Below, piece after piece: positions 55,968 through 64,000 of a stretch of 64,000 nucleotides of DNA. The notes below the pieces were generated by a model. The model worked only from the letters and a program-made list of their open reading frames with translations. It was not told the origin of the DNA and did not search any database. How positions within the stretch are numbered: position 1 is the first letter of the stretch; each line of letters opens with the position of its first letter. This DNA is from an uncultured Candidatus Saccharibacteria bacterium (GTDB lineage Bacteria > Patescibacteriota > Dojkabacteria > SC72). The stretch covers positions 4,459-68,458 of the forward strand of contig CAYGOB010000001.1 of assembly GCA_964351475.1 (NCBI GenBank), given 5' to 3'. The translations under genes and the position numbers were made by a program.

Positions 55968-58100
55968 TTATTGAGGTATTTTAATGAAAATGCCTTTTTG
56001 ACGAGATAGAGGAATATTTTCTCCATACACATCTCCAGCATTATCTCTTAAAGTATAATCAAAAATATTTTGATCATTATTCCATATAGCTATCTGTTTA
56101 ATGAATGAATACTCAGTATCTAGAAGTAATCTGGTTGATGTAGAAGAGGTGTTTTTAAACTGTGTAGTTGGTATTAAATTCCAACCCGTTAATTTAGGAA
56201 GGTCTATCTCTTTTGGTATATCTAATGTTTGTACTGAAATTTCAATATCCTCTATTGCAATTACCATATATACTTCAGAAGGTTCTAGATTAAAATCCTC
56301 TCCACTTATTTGTCCGTTTTCATTCTTTACAATTTTCTCCCATATATCATTTCTAAAAAGCCCTACAGCTAAGATATTGCCATTGGAGTATTCTATTAAT
56401 TCTTTTGCACTACCTATTTGTACATCACTACTATTTACAATCAATGAGGCTTCATAAAAATTTACACCTTTTAGTATGTTTATTCTTGTATATTTCTCTT
56501 CACAATCTCTTTCTGCAATATTCTCTAAAATTAAACCTTGACAATCTTTTTCTTCTGAAAATTCAAGAAAGTCATTAAAAAGGCAACAGATCTTTGGTTC
56601 TGGTTCTGATTTAGTCTCTGTCTTAGGAGTTATAACTTTTCCTCCTACGGTACATACTTGACCTATCTGAGCATCTTTGGTGTTTTCTCCTGGTTTAATA
56701 TTATATTTCCATATACATGTACAGTATGTATTCCACCCAAGAGCTTCACATTTCTTATCTACCTCTGGAGAAATTCTTCTACCATCATTACCTATTCCAG
56801 TAATATCTAACCATTTCCTAGTAGTTTGTGTAGAACTTAAGGATGATGGAGTACCCTTACTATTACAAGAATTGTACGTAGTGTTGGTTGTTGCACTAGC
56901 ATAACTACAAGCGTTAGGCTGTGCACTTACATTAATGGGCCATGTTAACTTTTTATTTGTATACCAACCATAGACTTCGTTTATCTTGGTCATGTATCTA
57001 TAACCTCTTTCAAAGTGACTGAATGTGGTACAACCTCCTGTTAGAAATCTTGCTCCCCACATTATTACTGCTTTATCTAAGGTAGGGTTGTATGCTTGTT
57101 CAAAAGTAGGGTCCCATACACAGGCATTGCCAGTGTATGAAGGTTGAGCTATGTTTTTAAGAAAATGTTCTATCTGTTTGTCAAAATTGGCAACAGGTAC
57201 AGAAGGATGATTATGTATTCCGAAGTCTTCTACATTTGATACGTTTGCATAATTGCTCCCTCCAGATTCGTTAGACCATATCGCTATGGCAAATGCAGGA
57301 TCTACACCATACTTTAAAGCTCTGCAATATACATCTTCATAACACTCGTTAGGATATCCTCCCTTTGGACAAGATGCCACCCACCTATTTAATATGTTCG
57401 TAACCGTACCTTTAGAAGGAGAGGTAGAAACATTAACCCGAACACCTGTTTTACAGTTAGCTCCAGTTTGGGCATATACAGAAGGAGGTATTAGGTCAAT
57501 TAATTTTGTTTGTAATTCATTTTTTGTAATATAGTTAGTGTATATGGAAGTAGTATATTCTTTTCCTTTAGTATCTAACGCCCATGTCCCATGGTATTGT
57601 GTGTTTCTAATATATTTGTCTCCCTCTACATCTATTAGTACTAGTGCTCTATCAATATCTTGTCCTGTTACTATTACAGGTAATTTAACTTCATCAGCGA
57701 TATCTTTTGTCCTAAATGAATAATCTTCATCCCAAACCCTATTTTCACTTTCTATTCTAAAAAGATACTCTGTATTTGGTTTTAGATTACTAAGAGTAGT
57801 GTAATGTACTCTTTTTTCAGAAAGAATATCTTCAGGAATAATGGATTGAGTAACTTCTGTGTAAAGACCAGTATCTTCTTTTTCCTTAAATGATAGTCTT
57901 TGTATACTCTCAGGATTTGCTTTCCAATATATTTGAGCTTCTACTGTAGAAATGTTTGCTACGATTACTTCTGTTGGTTTTTGAGCAACAATTCTTTGTT
58001 CATGGATATTTTTGTAAAGAAGATAGATTGTTGGTATTAGTAGGAATATACCGATTGTGAAGAGAACAAGATATTTGGATTTATTTTTAAGAGGTTTCAT
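55968..58100 (-). CDS. Large (710 aa) signal-anchored extracytoplasmic protein with an N-terminal PAP-N/Fn3-like domain and a central lysozyme-like region.
   Basis: TM LVLFTIGIFLLIPTIYLL. Fn3-like EVIVANISTVEAQIYWKANPES...NTEYLFRIESENRVWDEDYSFRT. AIAIWSNESGGSNY motif similar to ORF 52282-52872. Confidence 0.5.
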   Translation of the reverse strand: MKPLKNKSKYLVLFTIGIFLLIPTIYLLYKNIHEQRIVAQKPTEVIVANISTVEAQIYWKANPESIQRLSFKEKEDTGLYTEVTQSIIPEDILSEKRVHYTTLSNLKPNTEYLFRIESENRVWDEDYSFRTKDIADEVKLPVIVTGQDIDRALVLIDVEGDKYIRNTQYHGTWALDTKGKEYTTSIYTNYITKNELQTKLIDLIPPSVYAQTGANCKTGVRVNVSTSPSKGTVTNILNRWVASCPKGGYPNECYEDVYCRALKYGVDPAFAIAIWSNESGGSNYANVSNVEDFGIHNHPSVPVANFDKQIEHFLKNIAQPSYTGNACVWDPTFEQAYNPTLDKAVIMWGARFLTGGCTTFSHFERGYRYMTKINEVYGWYTNKKLTWPINVSAQPNACSYASATTNTTYNSCNSKGTPSSLSSTQTTRKWLDITGIGNDGRRISPEVDKKCEALGWNTYCTCIWKYNIKPGENTKDAQIGQVCTVGGKVITPKTETKSEPEPKICCLFNDFLEFSEEKDCQGLILENIAERDCEEKYTRINILKGVNFYEASLIVNSSDVQIGSAKELIEYSNGNILAVGLFRNDIWEKIVKNENGQISGEDFNLEPSEVYMVIAIEDIEISVQTLDIPKEIDLPKLTGWNLIPTTQFKNTSSTSTRLLLDTEYSFIKQIAIWNNDQNIFDYTLRDNAGDVYGENIPLSRQKGIFIKIPQ

Positions 58101-58165
58101 TAATGATTATGATATCAAAGGGATGTGTTAAAGTACATATTAAGAAGTTATTTAAGAGTAAGCAA

Positions 58166-59452
58166 TTATTCAAAATATTGTGTGTTTTTATCCCAAAGAC
58201 CAATATCCCTTTTTAAGAATTCTTCAGACGGAAATTTAGGATATGTGTAGAAATCAGTAGAACCATTTATTTTGTCTCTCATTCCCTTCTGTTTGTATCG
58301 TAAATAAAAATCATGGTAATACTCCAAGGTTTTTAATTTTTTTTGTATGCTGTCCTCATCTCCAAGGCCTACTTGTTTTAAATCTATCTCATTTTCTTGT
58401 TGAGTTACGGGATTTATGTAGGAGAATTTTATAAAGTCCCTAAAAGGAAGCTCTGGTATCTGCCAATGTTCTATAGATTTAACATTTCTTCTTTTAGACA
58501 AAACCTTTTTATTTTTAAAGGTAAGTGGTTTTTTAGTTGTTTTTTCTTTAGGATATCTTAGATCCCAGTCAGAAGTTTGAGTGTCAAGTTCATATACTTC
58601 ATCTGCAAATTTCGTAAATACAGCCAAGGCCATCATGAAGACTTGTAAGTTTTCTTCATATCCTTTTTCTTTGTAAAATTCTCTACCAGTTTTGTAATCT
58701 ATAATATGGATAGGGGTATCTGAAGAAGGGGTAATTCTAATCTCATCTATATTTGTACAAATTTGTATATTTGTTTCAGGGAAGTATGTATTAAGAACGA
58801 GTGGGACTTCGTTCATGACAAGAGTTTTTGTTGGGTCAATATTGTCTTGCTTTTCTATAAAACTTTCTCTTGTAAGATTAAAAACTCCTGGAGCGATTAA
58901 ATCTCTTTCCCATATTCTTTTTACTTGGGTTGGTGTAATTCTGCATCTTTTGCCATTTGGGAGGAAGTTTTGTCCATTAAGCCTCCATATATTCCAGAAG
59001 TCTTGTGCATTGTCTAAAGGATTTTGTGTTAAGGATTCATCAAGTGTCATGTTTAGTATTTTAAGTAGTCCTTCGTAGTATTCTTCATCTTTAAAGGGAA
59101 ATATTGTTTTAATATCTTCTAATTCTGGAACTTTATTAAAAACAGAGGCTCTGTAAAAAAGTGAGTTTGCATAGGTTAGGTTATGAAGGTGTGTACCCTT
59201 GATACTATCTTTTGCATTTTCAAGTTCTTTGTCTTCTTTGAATGGTTTATTACTATTTAACATTGTGAGAAATCTTGTTTCTAGTGTTTCTCCAGTTAAT
59301 TTTTCTCGCTCTTGTAGTCTTTTGTATTGGTAATGGTAATGAATGATGGTTTCCAATGAGGAGGGAGTTATTCTAGACCCTGTATCTTCTTTTTGAATTT
59401 GTTCTGTTTTGAATCCTTCTAAATCTAGGGCAGCTTGAATGTATTCAGGCAT
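58166..59452 (-). CDS. Hypothetical protein, possibly a PD-(D/E)XK-family nuclease.
   Basis: Candidate motif ...SSDTPIHIIDYKTG (D...D-x-K). Otherwise unrecognised. Confidence 0.3.
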   Translation of the reverse strand: MPEYIQAALDLEGFKTEQIQKEDTGSRITPSSLETIIHYHYQYKRLQEREKLTGETLETRFLTMLNSNKPFKEDKELENAKDSIKGTHLHNLTYANSLFYRASVFNKVPELEDIKTIFPFKDEEYYEGLLKILNMTLDESLTQNPLDNAQDFWNIWRLNGQNFLPNGKRCRITPTQVKRIWERDLIAPGVFNLTRESFIEKQDNIDPTKTLVMNEVPLVLNTYFPETNIQICTNIDEIRITPSSDTPIHIIDYKTGREFYKEKGYEENLQVFMMALAVFTKFADEVYELDTQTSDWDLRYPKEKTTKKPLTFKNKKVLSKRRNVKSIEHWQIPELPFRDFIKFSYINPVTQQENEIDLKQVGLGDEDSIQKKLKTLEYYHDFYLRYKQKGMRDKINGSTDFYTYPKFPSEEFLKRDIGLWDKNTQYFE

Positions 59453-59485
59453 ATTAAATAGTATACATCATATTATTACTATTCT

Positions 59486-59965
59486 TTAACAATTACTTCT
59501 ATTAAAAATATGTTCTAAACCTTCTGTCATGGAGCAGTATTTTTCTAAGTCTGTGATGAAAAATATCTCAGCAAGAAGGAAGTGATCAGACAGACACAGA
59601 GTTTTTAAGCTTATTGTTTTACTTTCGTTAACATTTTCTACTGAAAAATCCTCACGGTCTCTTAACAGTGTGAATACAAGGGCTTCGGTTTTAGTTATCT
59701 TCTGTTTTGAGAGAGATTTAAGATACTTTGTAGTTTTTTCCTGTTTACAAACAAATTTAGGGTACTCTATTACTTTGGGGTCAATATATTTGTGGTAGAG
59801 ATCTTCATAATCTTCCATCTCATTGTTATCAACAATTTCTCGAATTAAGGAATAATCTTCTAGGGTAAGGTTCCCTTGATTGCTTTCATAGTGATTATAA
59901 TCTTCTTCGTAGAGGGAATAGTCTTTGTGAACAGTTGTAGGTAGCAACTCAATCTGTTGAAGCAT
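59486..59965 (-). CDS. Hypothetical protein, cotranscribed upstream of 58166-59452.
   Basis: 34-bp gap on the same strand. No motif recognised. Confidence 0.3.
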   Translation of the reverse strand: MLQQIELLPTTVHKDYSLYEEDYNHYESNQGNLTLEDYSLIREIVDNNEMEDYEDLYHKYIDPKVIEYPKFVCKQEKTTKYLKSLSKQKITKTEALVFTLLRDREDFSVENVNESKTISLKTLCLSDHFLLAEIFFITDLEKYCSMTEGLEHIFNRSNC

Positions 59966-60028
59966 ATTGAAAGTCTAGCAACATACTTTCTAAAAGACAA
60001 GGATGTTGCTCCTATGATATATTAATCT

Positions 60029-60742
60029 ATGGAATTTGTACTTGTAAGTCTAGTTTTTGTACTAGCAGGAATAGGAGCAGAAGTAGTTGGTTTCGGAATA
60101 TCTGCAATATCTATGGCTTTATTGCCTTTGTTTTTACCTCTAGAAGTAGCAATCCCCTTGGTAGCTATAATTTCTGTAGTTGCTACAGGGGTAGTAGCAT
60201 ACCGTACTAAGGCTAAGGGTTTAACAGAAATTCTAATTCCTCTTTTTATAGGTTCTTTGTTTGGTATTCCTCTTGGTTTGTATTTTCTTCAAATAGTTCC
60301 TGAGAGGACACTGTTATTAATATTGGGTTTAATATTAATATTTTCTAGTGTGTATAGTCTATTAGGAAAGGAGATTAAACTTAATTTTGATAGAGTAACT
60401 GGGATATTAGTTGGCTTCCTAGCAGGGGTATTTGGAGCTTCAATAAATGTTAATGGTCCTTTAGTGGGTATGTATTTTACTACCAATGAAAAGATTTCTA
60501 AGCTCAAGAATAAGGATCTAATTACCACATACATGTTTTTTACAGGATTATTTGTAATTTTAGGACATTACTTAGTAGGTAGGATAGATAGGGAGGTAGG
60601 GGTATATACCTTAATTGTACTTCCTGCACTGTTTATTGGTTTACAGTTGGGTAAGGTTATTTTTGAAAAGATTCCGGTAAAGGTATTAAGAACGATTATC
60701 TTTCTTTTTGTACTTGGGGCTGGAATCAAGTTGTTGTTTTAG
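60029..60742 (+). CDS. TauE/SafE-family (DUF81) membrane exporter.
   Basis: Eight hydrophobic helices. Gly-rich repeats AGIGAEVVGFGISAISMALLPLF / LAGVFGASINVNGPLVGMYF. Confidence 0.75.
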   Translation: MEFVLVSLVFVLAGIGAEVVGFGISAISMALLPLFLPLEVAIPLVAIISVVATGVVAYRTKAKGLTEILIPLFIGSLFGIPLGLYFLQIVPERTLLLILGLILIFSSVYSLLGKEIKLNFDRVTGILVGFLAGVFGASINVNGPLVGMYFTTNEKISKLKNKDLITTYMFFTGLFVILGHYLVGRIDREVGVYTLIVLPALFIGLQLGKVIFEKIPVKVLRTIIFLFVLGAGIKLLF

Positions 60743-60753
60743 AAAATCTCTTT

Positions 60754-60996
60754 CTATTTGTGAAGTACTCTTCCTAAGAAGATAACTATAGCAGCTCCAA
60801 TAATAGCAACAATTAGACTATAAAAGTTAAAACCAGTTATTCCTGTAAATCCTAGTAAGTTCATTATAAACCCTCCTAGAAATGCTCCAATAATACCTAA
60901 AATGATATCCTCGAGTAATCCGTGCGAACTACCCATAATCATTCCTGCTATCCATCCTGCTAATGCTCCTAAGACAATCCATAATATAATATTCAT
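60754..60996 (-). CDS. GlsB/YeaQ/YmgE-family stress-response membrane protein.
   Basis: MNIILWIVLGALAGWIAGMIMG...IILGIIGAFLGGFIMNLLG. Confidence 0.8.
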   Translation of the reverse strand: MNIILWIVLGALAGWIAGMIMGSSHGLLEDIILGIIGAFLGGFIMNLLGFTGITGFNFYSLIVAIIGAAIVIFLGRVLHK

Positions 60997-61041
60997 ATTT
61001 ATAATTAATAAATTTAATTTTCTAACAGAAAGAAAAAGTAA

Positions 61042-61440
61042 TTACTCTACTTGTGCTCTTCCTGAAAGTATTTGAATAAGTTTTACAATTCCCCAAGCTA
61101 ATAGTAGGTAGAAAAGAATTGCAATTATTGTTGCTGGCTCAAAAATTGAAGTTGTCTCTAACCCTTCAGATAATCCAGTACTAAATATTCCAGCAAAAGG
61201 GACTACGAATATTCCTGTTATTCCATATATTAAAGCTACAAAGCTATTTAATGCATTTGCACCAAATAACTTTAGGATGAAACGAAACACTAAAAGAATG
61301 TTTAGAGCCCCAAAGAAGAAATATATTAAATATTGAACAGTTTGGAAACTTGTTGCTTTGGTTTCTACCGCTGTTATCTCGGTCTGTGCCACCTCATTAT
61401 TACCCTCTGTCACTACCGTTTCTCTTATTACTTTATCCAT
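61042..61440 (-). CDS. Hypothetical membrane protein (YggT-like topology).
   Basis: Three or four hydrophobic helices. Confidence 0.35.
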   Translation of the reverse strand: MDKVIRETVVTEGNNEVAQTEITAVETKATSFQTVQYLIYFFFGALNILLVFRFILKLFGANALNSFVALIYGITGIFVVPFAGIFSTGLSEGLETTSIFEPATIIAILFYLLLAWGIVKLIQILSGRAQVE

Positions 61441-61771
61441 ATCTTTACCCTCTTATATAAACTTAAATATAAATTAATTACTAAGAAGAAATTCTTAAAT
61501 TTCTACGATAGGTTTCTTTATTACTGTTTCCTTTGGTAAATAATTAAGAAGTGCTTTTTCTACAAAGGTTGTTAATGTTAACCCTTCAATTATTGCTTGT
61601 GCTTTTGTGTATTTAACAATTTGGGGATTAATAAATAGGGTTACTCTTTGTTTTGTTTTAGTTGACATACTACATATACTACACCTAGTTGTAGCAAGGT
61701 CAATAGCTTATAGTTAAGGCAAAGGGAAGGATATTCTCAATACAAACAGAACTATAAATTAGCGGGATGAA

Positions 61772-61843
61772 CTCCGCGGGAAGGACTCGAACCTTCAACC
61801 GAACGGTTAACAGCCGTTTGCTCTACCATTGAGCTACCGCGGA
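61772..61843 (-). tRNA. tRNA-Asn (anticodon GTT).
   Basis: The reverse complement folds as TCCGCGG-TA-GCTC-AATGGTAG-AGC-A-AACGG-CTGTTAA-CCGTT-CGGTT-GAAGG-TTCGAGT-CCTTC-CCGCGGA-G. No encoded CCA. Confidence 0.85.
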
Positions 61844-61894
61844 TTATTAAATGACAGGTCAATTATATATATACAAGGTTATTTCTGCAAGAAC

Positions 61895-62347
61895 CTATCT
61901 ACTGGGTATACCTCTAAGTGCAAGAAGTTTCTTTTCTAGCATATCAAGCATTACTCTATTACTATGAATATCATTATAAGGATAATATTTTATCCCATAT
62001 AGTCTCCCTTCTATATCTTTTTCTTGAAAATACTTTATTTCCTCTTTGTTAATTCTCTTACTATTTAATTCTTCTGCATAAAGATCAAATTTTCTAAGTA
62101 ACTTCTCATCTCTCTCACTCATATTCCAAAGATGATCTAGATCTAGGGTTGTTATAGAGAGCATTCCAGAGGGAAGAAGAAAAACCCTATCTTCTTTTGC
62201 AAAGGTTTCTTCCTTTCTGGGATTAGCTTTTTCTAGATAGATTTTACTATTTGAGATGTTAAGTACTTCAAAGAGTTCAGGGTAAGCATCGTATACCTGC
62301 TCGTTGTTTGCAATAATTGGGATGAACTCACTTTCAGGTTTGTCCAT
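61895..62347 (-). CDS. Hypothetical protein.
   Basis: No motif recognised. Confidence 0.3.
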   Translation of the reverse strand: MDKPESEFIPIIANNEQVYDAYPELFEVLNISNSKIYLEKANPRKEETFAKEDRVFLLPSGMLSITTLDLDHLWNMSERDEKLLRKFDLYAEELNSKRINKEEIKYFQEKDIEGRLYGIKYYPYNDIHSNRVMLDMLEKKLLALRGIPSR

Positions 62348-62410
62348 AATTGGAATTTATCTTCCTAAAATTATATTATATTAATATATCTAAATTAATC
62401 ACCCATTACA

Positions 62411-63001
62411 ATGTTAGAAGAAAAAATAGAAGTAAAATATGTAGGTATGGACTCTTCAGATTCATTAAAGGAATATATTCTAGAAAAAATGAAAAAGAAA
62501 GAAGCTCTTCTAGAAGATGCCACATCCATAGAGATATTCTTTAAGAATAATAAACACAGTAGAGGTGTAGAAGAAGATTTTAGAATAGACATTAATGTAA
62601 ATTTACCTAACTCACCAGTTAGGGTAGAAGAAAAGGGAGCAGATATGTATGCAAATATTGACCTTGCTATAGATACATTAGACAGAAGATTAAAGAGATA
62701 TAGTGATAGGAAGGAACATTGGGAAGGTATTAAGCCATGGAAGATATTAGAAGCAGAGGCAGCCTTAGAGGCTCTTACAGAGCAAGTAGAGAATGAGGTT
62801 GAGGATTACTCTGACTATGTATCTGGAATAGTTAAAAGAAAGGTAGTTAAGGACATGGATCCCATATTAGAGGCTGAGGCTATAGAGAGAATGGAATTGT
62901 CAGGTTACGATCAGTATCTTTTTAAAAATAAGAGTACAGGTAAAATATCCATGATATACAGAAGAAACTATGGGGGTTACGGTTTAGTAGAACCAGAGTA
63001 G
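62411..63001 (+). CDS. hpf: Ribosome hibernation-promoting factor, long form (HPF / RaiA family).
   Basis: N-terminal KIEVKYVGMDSSDSLKEYILEKMKK. C-terminal dimerisation domain MELSGYDQYLFKNKSTGKISMIYRRNYGGYGLVEPE. Confidence 0.85.
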   Translation: MLEEKIEVKYVGMDSSDSLKEYILEKMKKKEALLEDATSIEIFFKNNKHSRGVEEDFRIDINVNLPNSPVRVEEKGADMYANIDLAIDTLDRRLKRYSDRKEHWEGIKPWKILEAEAALEALTEQVENEVEDYSDYVSGIVKRKVVKDMDPILEAEAIERMELSGYDQYLFKNKSTGKISMIYRRNYGGYGLVEPE

Positions 63002-63085
63002 GGGGTAGTGTACAAAGTCCTAAGTGTAAATAAAAAGGGAGACGTATGTGTCTCCCTTTAACTTCCTTTTAAATATTTCCTTTAA

Positions 63086-63898
63086 CTACTCTGCTTGGGT
63101 TGCAGTTCCTTCAAGTAAGTTATTTACAATATTTGTAGTAATAGTTAAGAAACCATACTTTGGTTTAGAAGTAGAGTTATCTTGTATTCTGTATTCATTT
63201 CTCTTTTCATTTAACCAACCAGCTTTTCTATTCTGTACTTCCTGTTGTATGAAAATCTCTTCTGTTTGCTCTTTGTATTGTTCAAAGTTCAATAATTCTC
63301 CCTCTTCTAACTGTGCTGTTTCTTCTGGGAATATTACATCACTATATTGACTAAAGAAATCTTTAACATCTTCCTCAGCATATTCTAACTCTGGAGCAAG
63401 TATTGCAGTAGCAAGTAAGTCCACCTCTATTTGCTCTCTTAATTCTTCCTCTGTAATATTGTTAGCTTCTAGAGCACTCTCATACATCTCTTGACCACCA
63501 ATACTCTCTATTATTCTCTCTATCTCCTGATCAATCTCTTCCTTTGAGATAGAAACATCTGCCTTCTTTGCTTCACTCCTAACTATCTGGTCCTCTATTA
63601 ACTGAGAAGCTACAGCAGAACCATATGCTGTTTCTAATCTGTTATGCCATTCACTCTTAGGAATTCTAACACCATTAACTACAGCAACACTGTAATCGTT
63701 ATTAAAGTATTGAACAGCTAGGTCTATTAGAGCTAGTGATACAATTATTAATACAACTATACCGACTACTTTAAGAGCAGGTTGTAAACTTCCCATATTT
63801 TCTATTTTAGGAAGTTTAACTTTTTTAATATCAAGTTTCTTTGATATTTCTTTTTGGGGTGCAGTTTTCTCTTTAGTACTTTTCTTACTTTTAGGCAT
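63086..63898 (-). CDS. Signal-anchored SurA-N-domain-like periplasmic chaperone. No clear PPIase domain.
   Basis: TM IVVLIIVSLALIDLAV. Acidic helical region resembling a SurA/PpiD N-terminal chaperone module. Confidence 0.4.
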   Translation of the reverse strand: MPKSKKSTKEKTAPQKEISKKLDIKKVKLPKIENMGSLQPALKVVGIVVLIIVSLALIDLAVQYFNNDYSVAVVNGVRIPKSEWHNRLETAYGSAVASQLIEDQIVRSEAKKADVSISKEEIDQEIERIIESIGGQEMYESALEANNITEEELREQIEVDLLATAILAPELEYAEEDVKDFFSQYSDVIFPEETAQLEEGELLNFEQYKEQTEEIFIQQEVQNRKAGWLNEKRNEYRIQDNSTSKPKYGFLTITTNIVNNLLEGTATQAE

Positions 63899-64000
63899 TA
63901 CTTTATGTTATGTAAAATTTAATATGACTAGTTTAACAAAATATTTGAGATTTGGGAAGAAGGGGGGTTATAGTTCGAAGGTTAGGTGTACGTATATAGT

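Overview
The window is a low-GC (roughly 35% by eye, not computed) bacterial chromosome segment read with the standard code. Its gene content and divergent housekeeping proteins suggest a streamlined, possibly CPR/Patescibacteria-like organism. This is an inference that was not checked against any database.

The right-hand ~37 kb is core, with thioredoxin, a TsaC-TsaE fusion plus TsaD, enolase, tRNA-Leu, tRNA-Val, MscL, RmuC, RecA, RecX, RecJ, an AsnRS/AspRS-type synthetase, GluRS, tRNA-Gln, Pcm, oligoendopeptidase F, IleRS, CdnL, YvcK, Hsp20, tRNA-Asn and HPF.

The left-hand ~27 kb, from about 4.2 kb to a tRNA-Asp at 27.0 kb, looks accessory. It holds two paralogous cassettes, each a giant Fn3/PAP-N-repeat surface protein next to a MacB/FtsX-type ABC exporter. 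It also holds a sortase with a convergent ice-binding-like (DUF3494) substrate, a GC-richer 29-aa tandem-repeat protein, a NUDIX hydrolase and oligoribonuclease.

The most striking feature is a complete diversity-generating retroelement (DGR). Its target gene ends in a DUF1566/C-type-lectin-like domain carrying a 123-bp variable region (VR). An Asn-codon-rich template repeat (TR) lies 330 bp downstream and differs from the VR almost only at TR adenines. An Avd-like four-helix-bundle gene follows, and a reverse transcriptase with the DGR-type IGxxxSQ motif sits convergently on the opposite strand.

An interspersed ~77-bp repeat occurs 7-8 times, all in + orientation. It carries a plausible -35/-10 promoter (GGGACA-N17/18-TAAAAT) and a shared leader, and it sits upstream of most accessory genes. 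One half-copy abuts the 3' end of the tRNA-Asp. A 3 x ~124 bp tandem repeat sits between ileS and cdnL. Two-component, ASST-like/Trx-fold and other small modules are listed.
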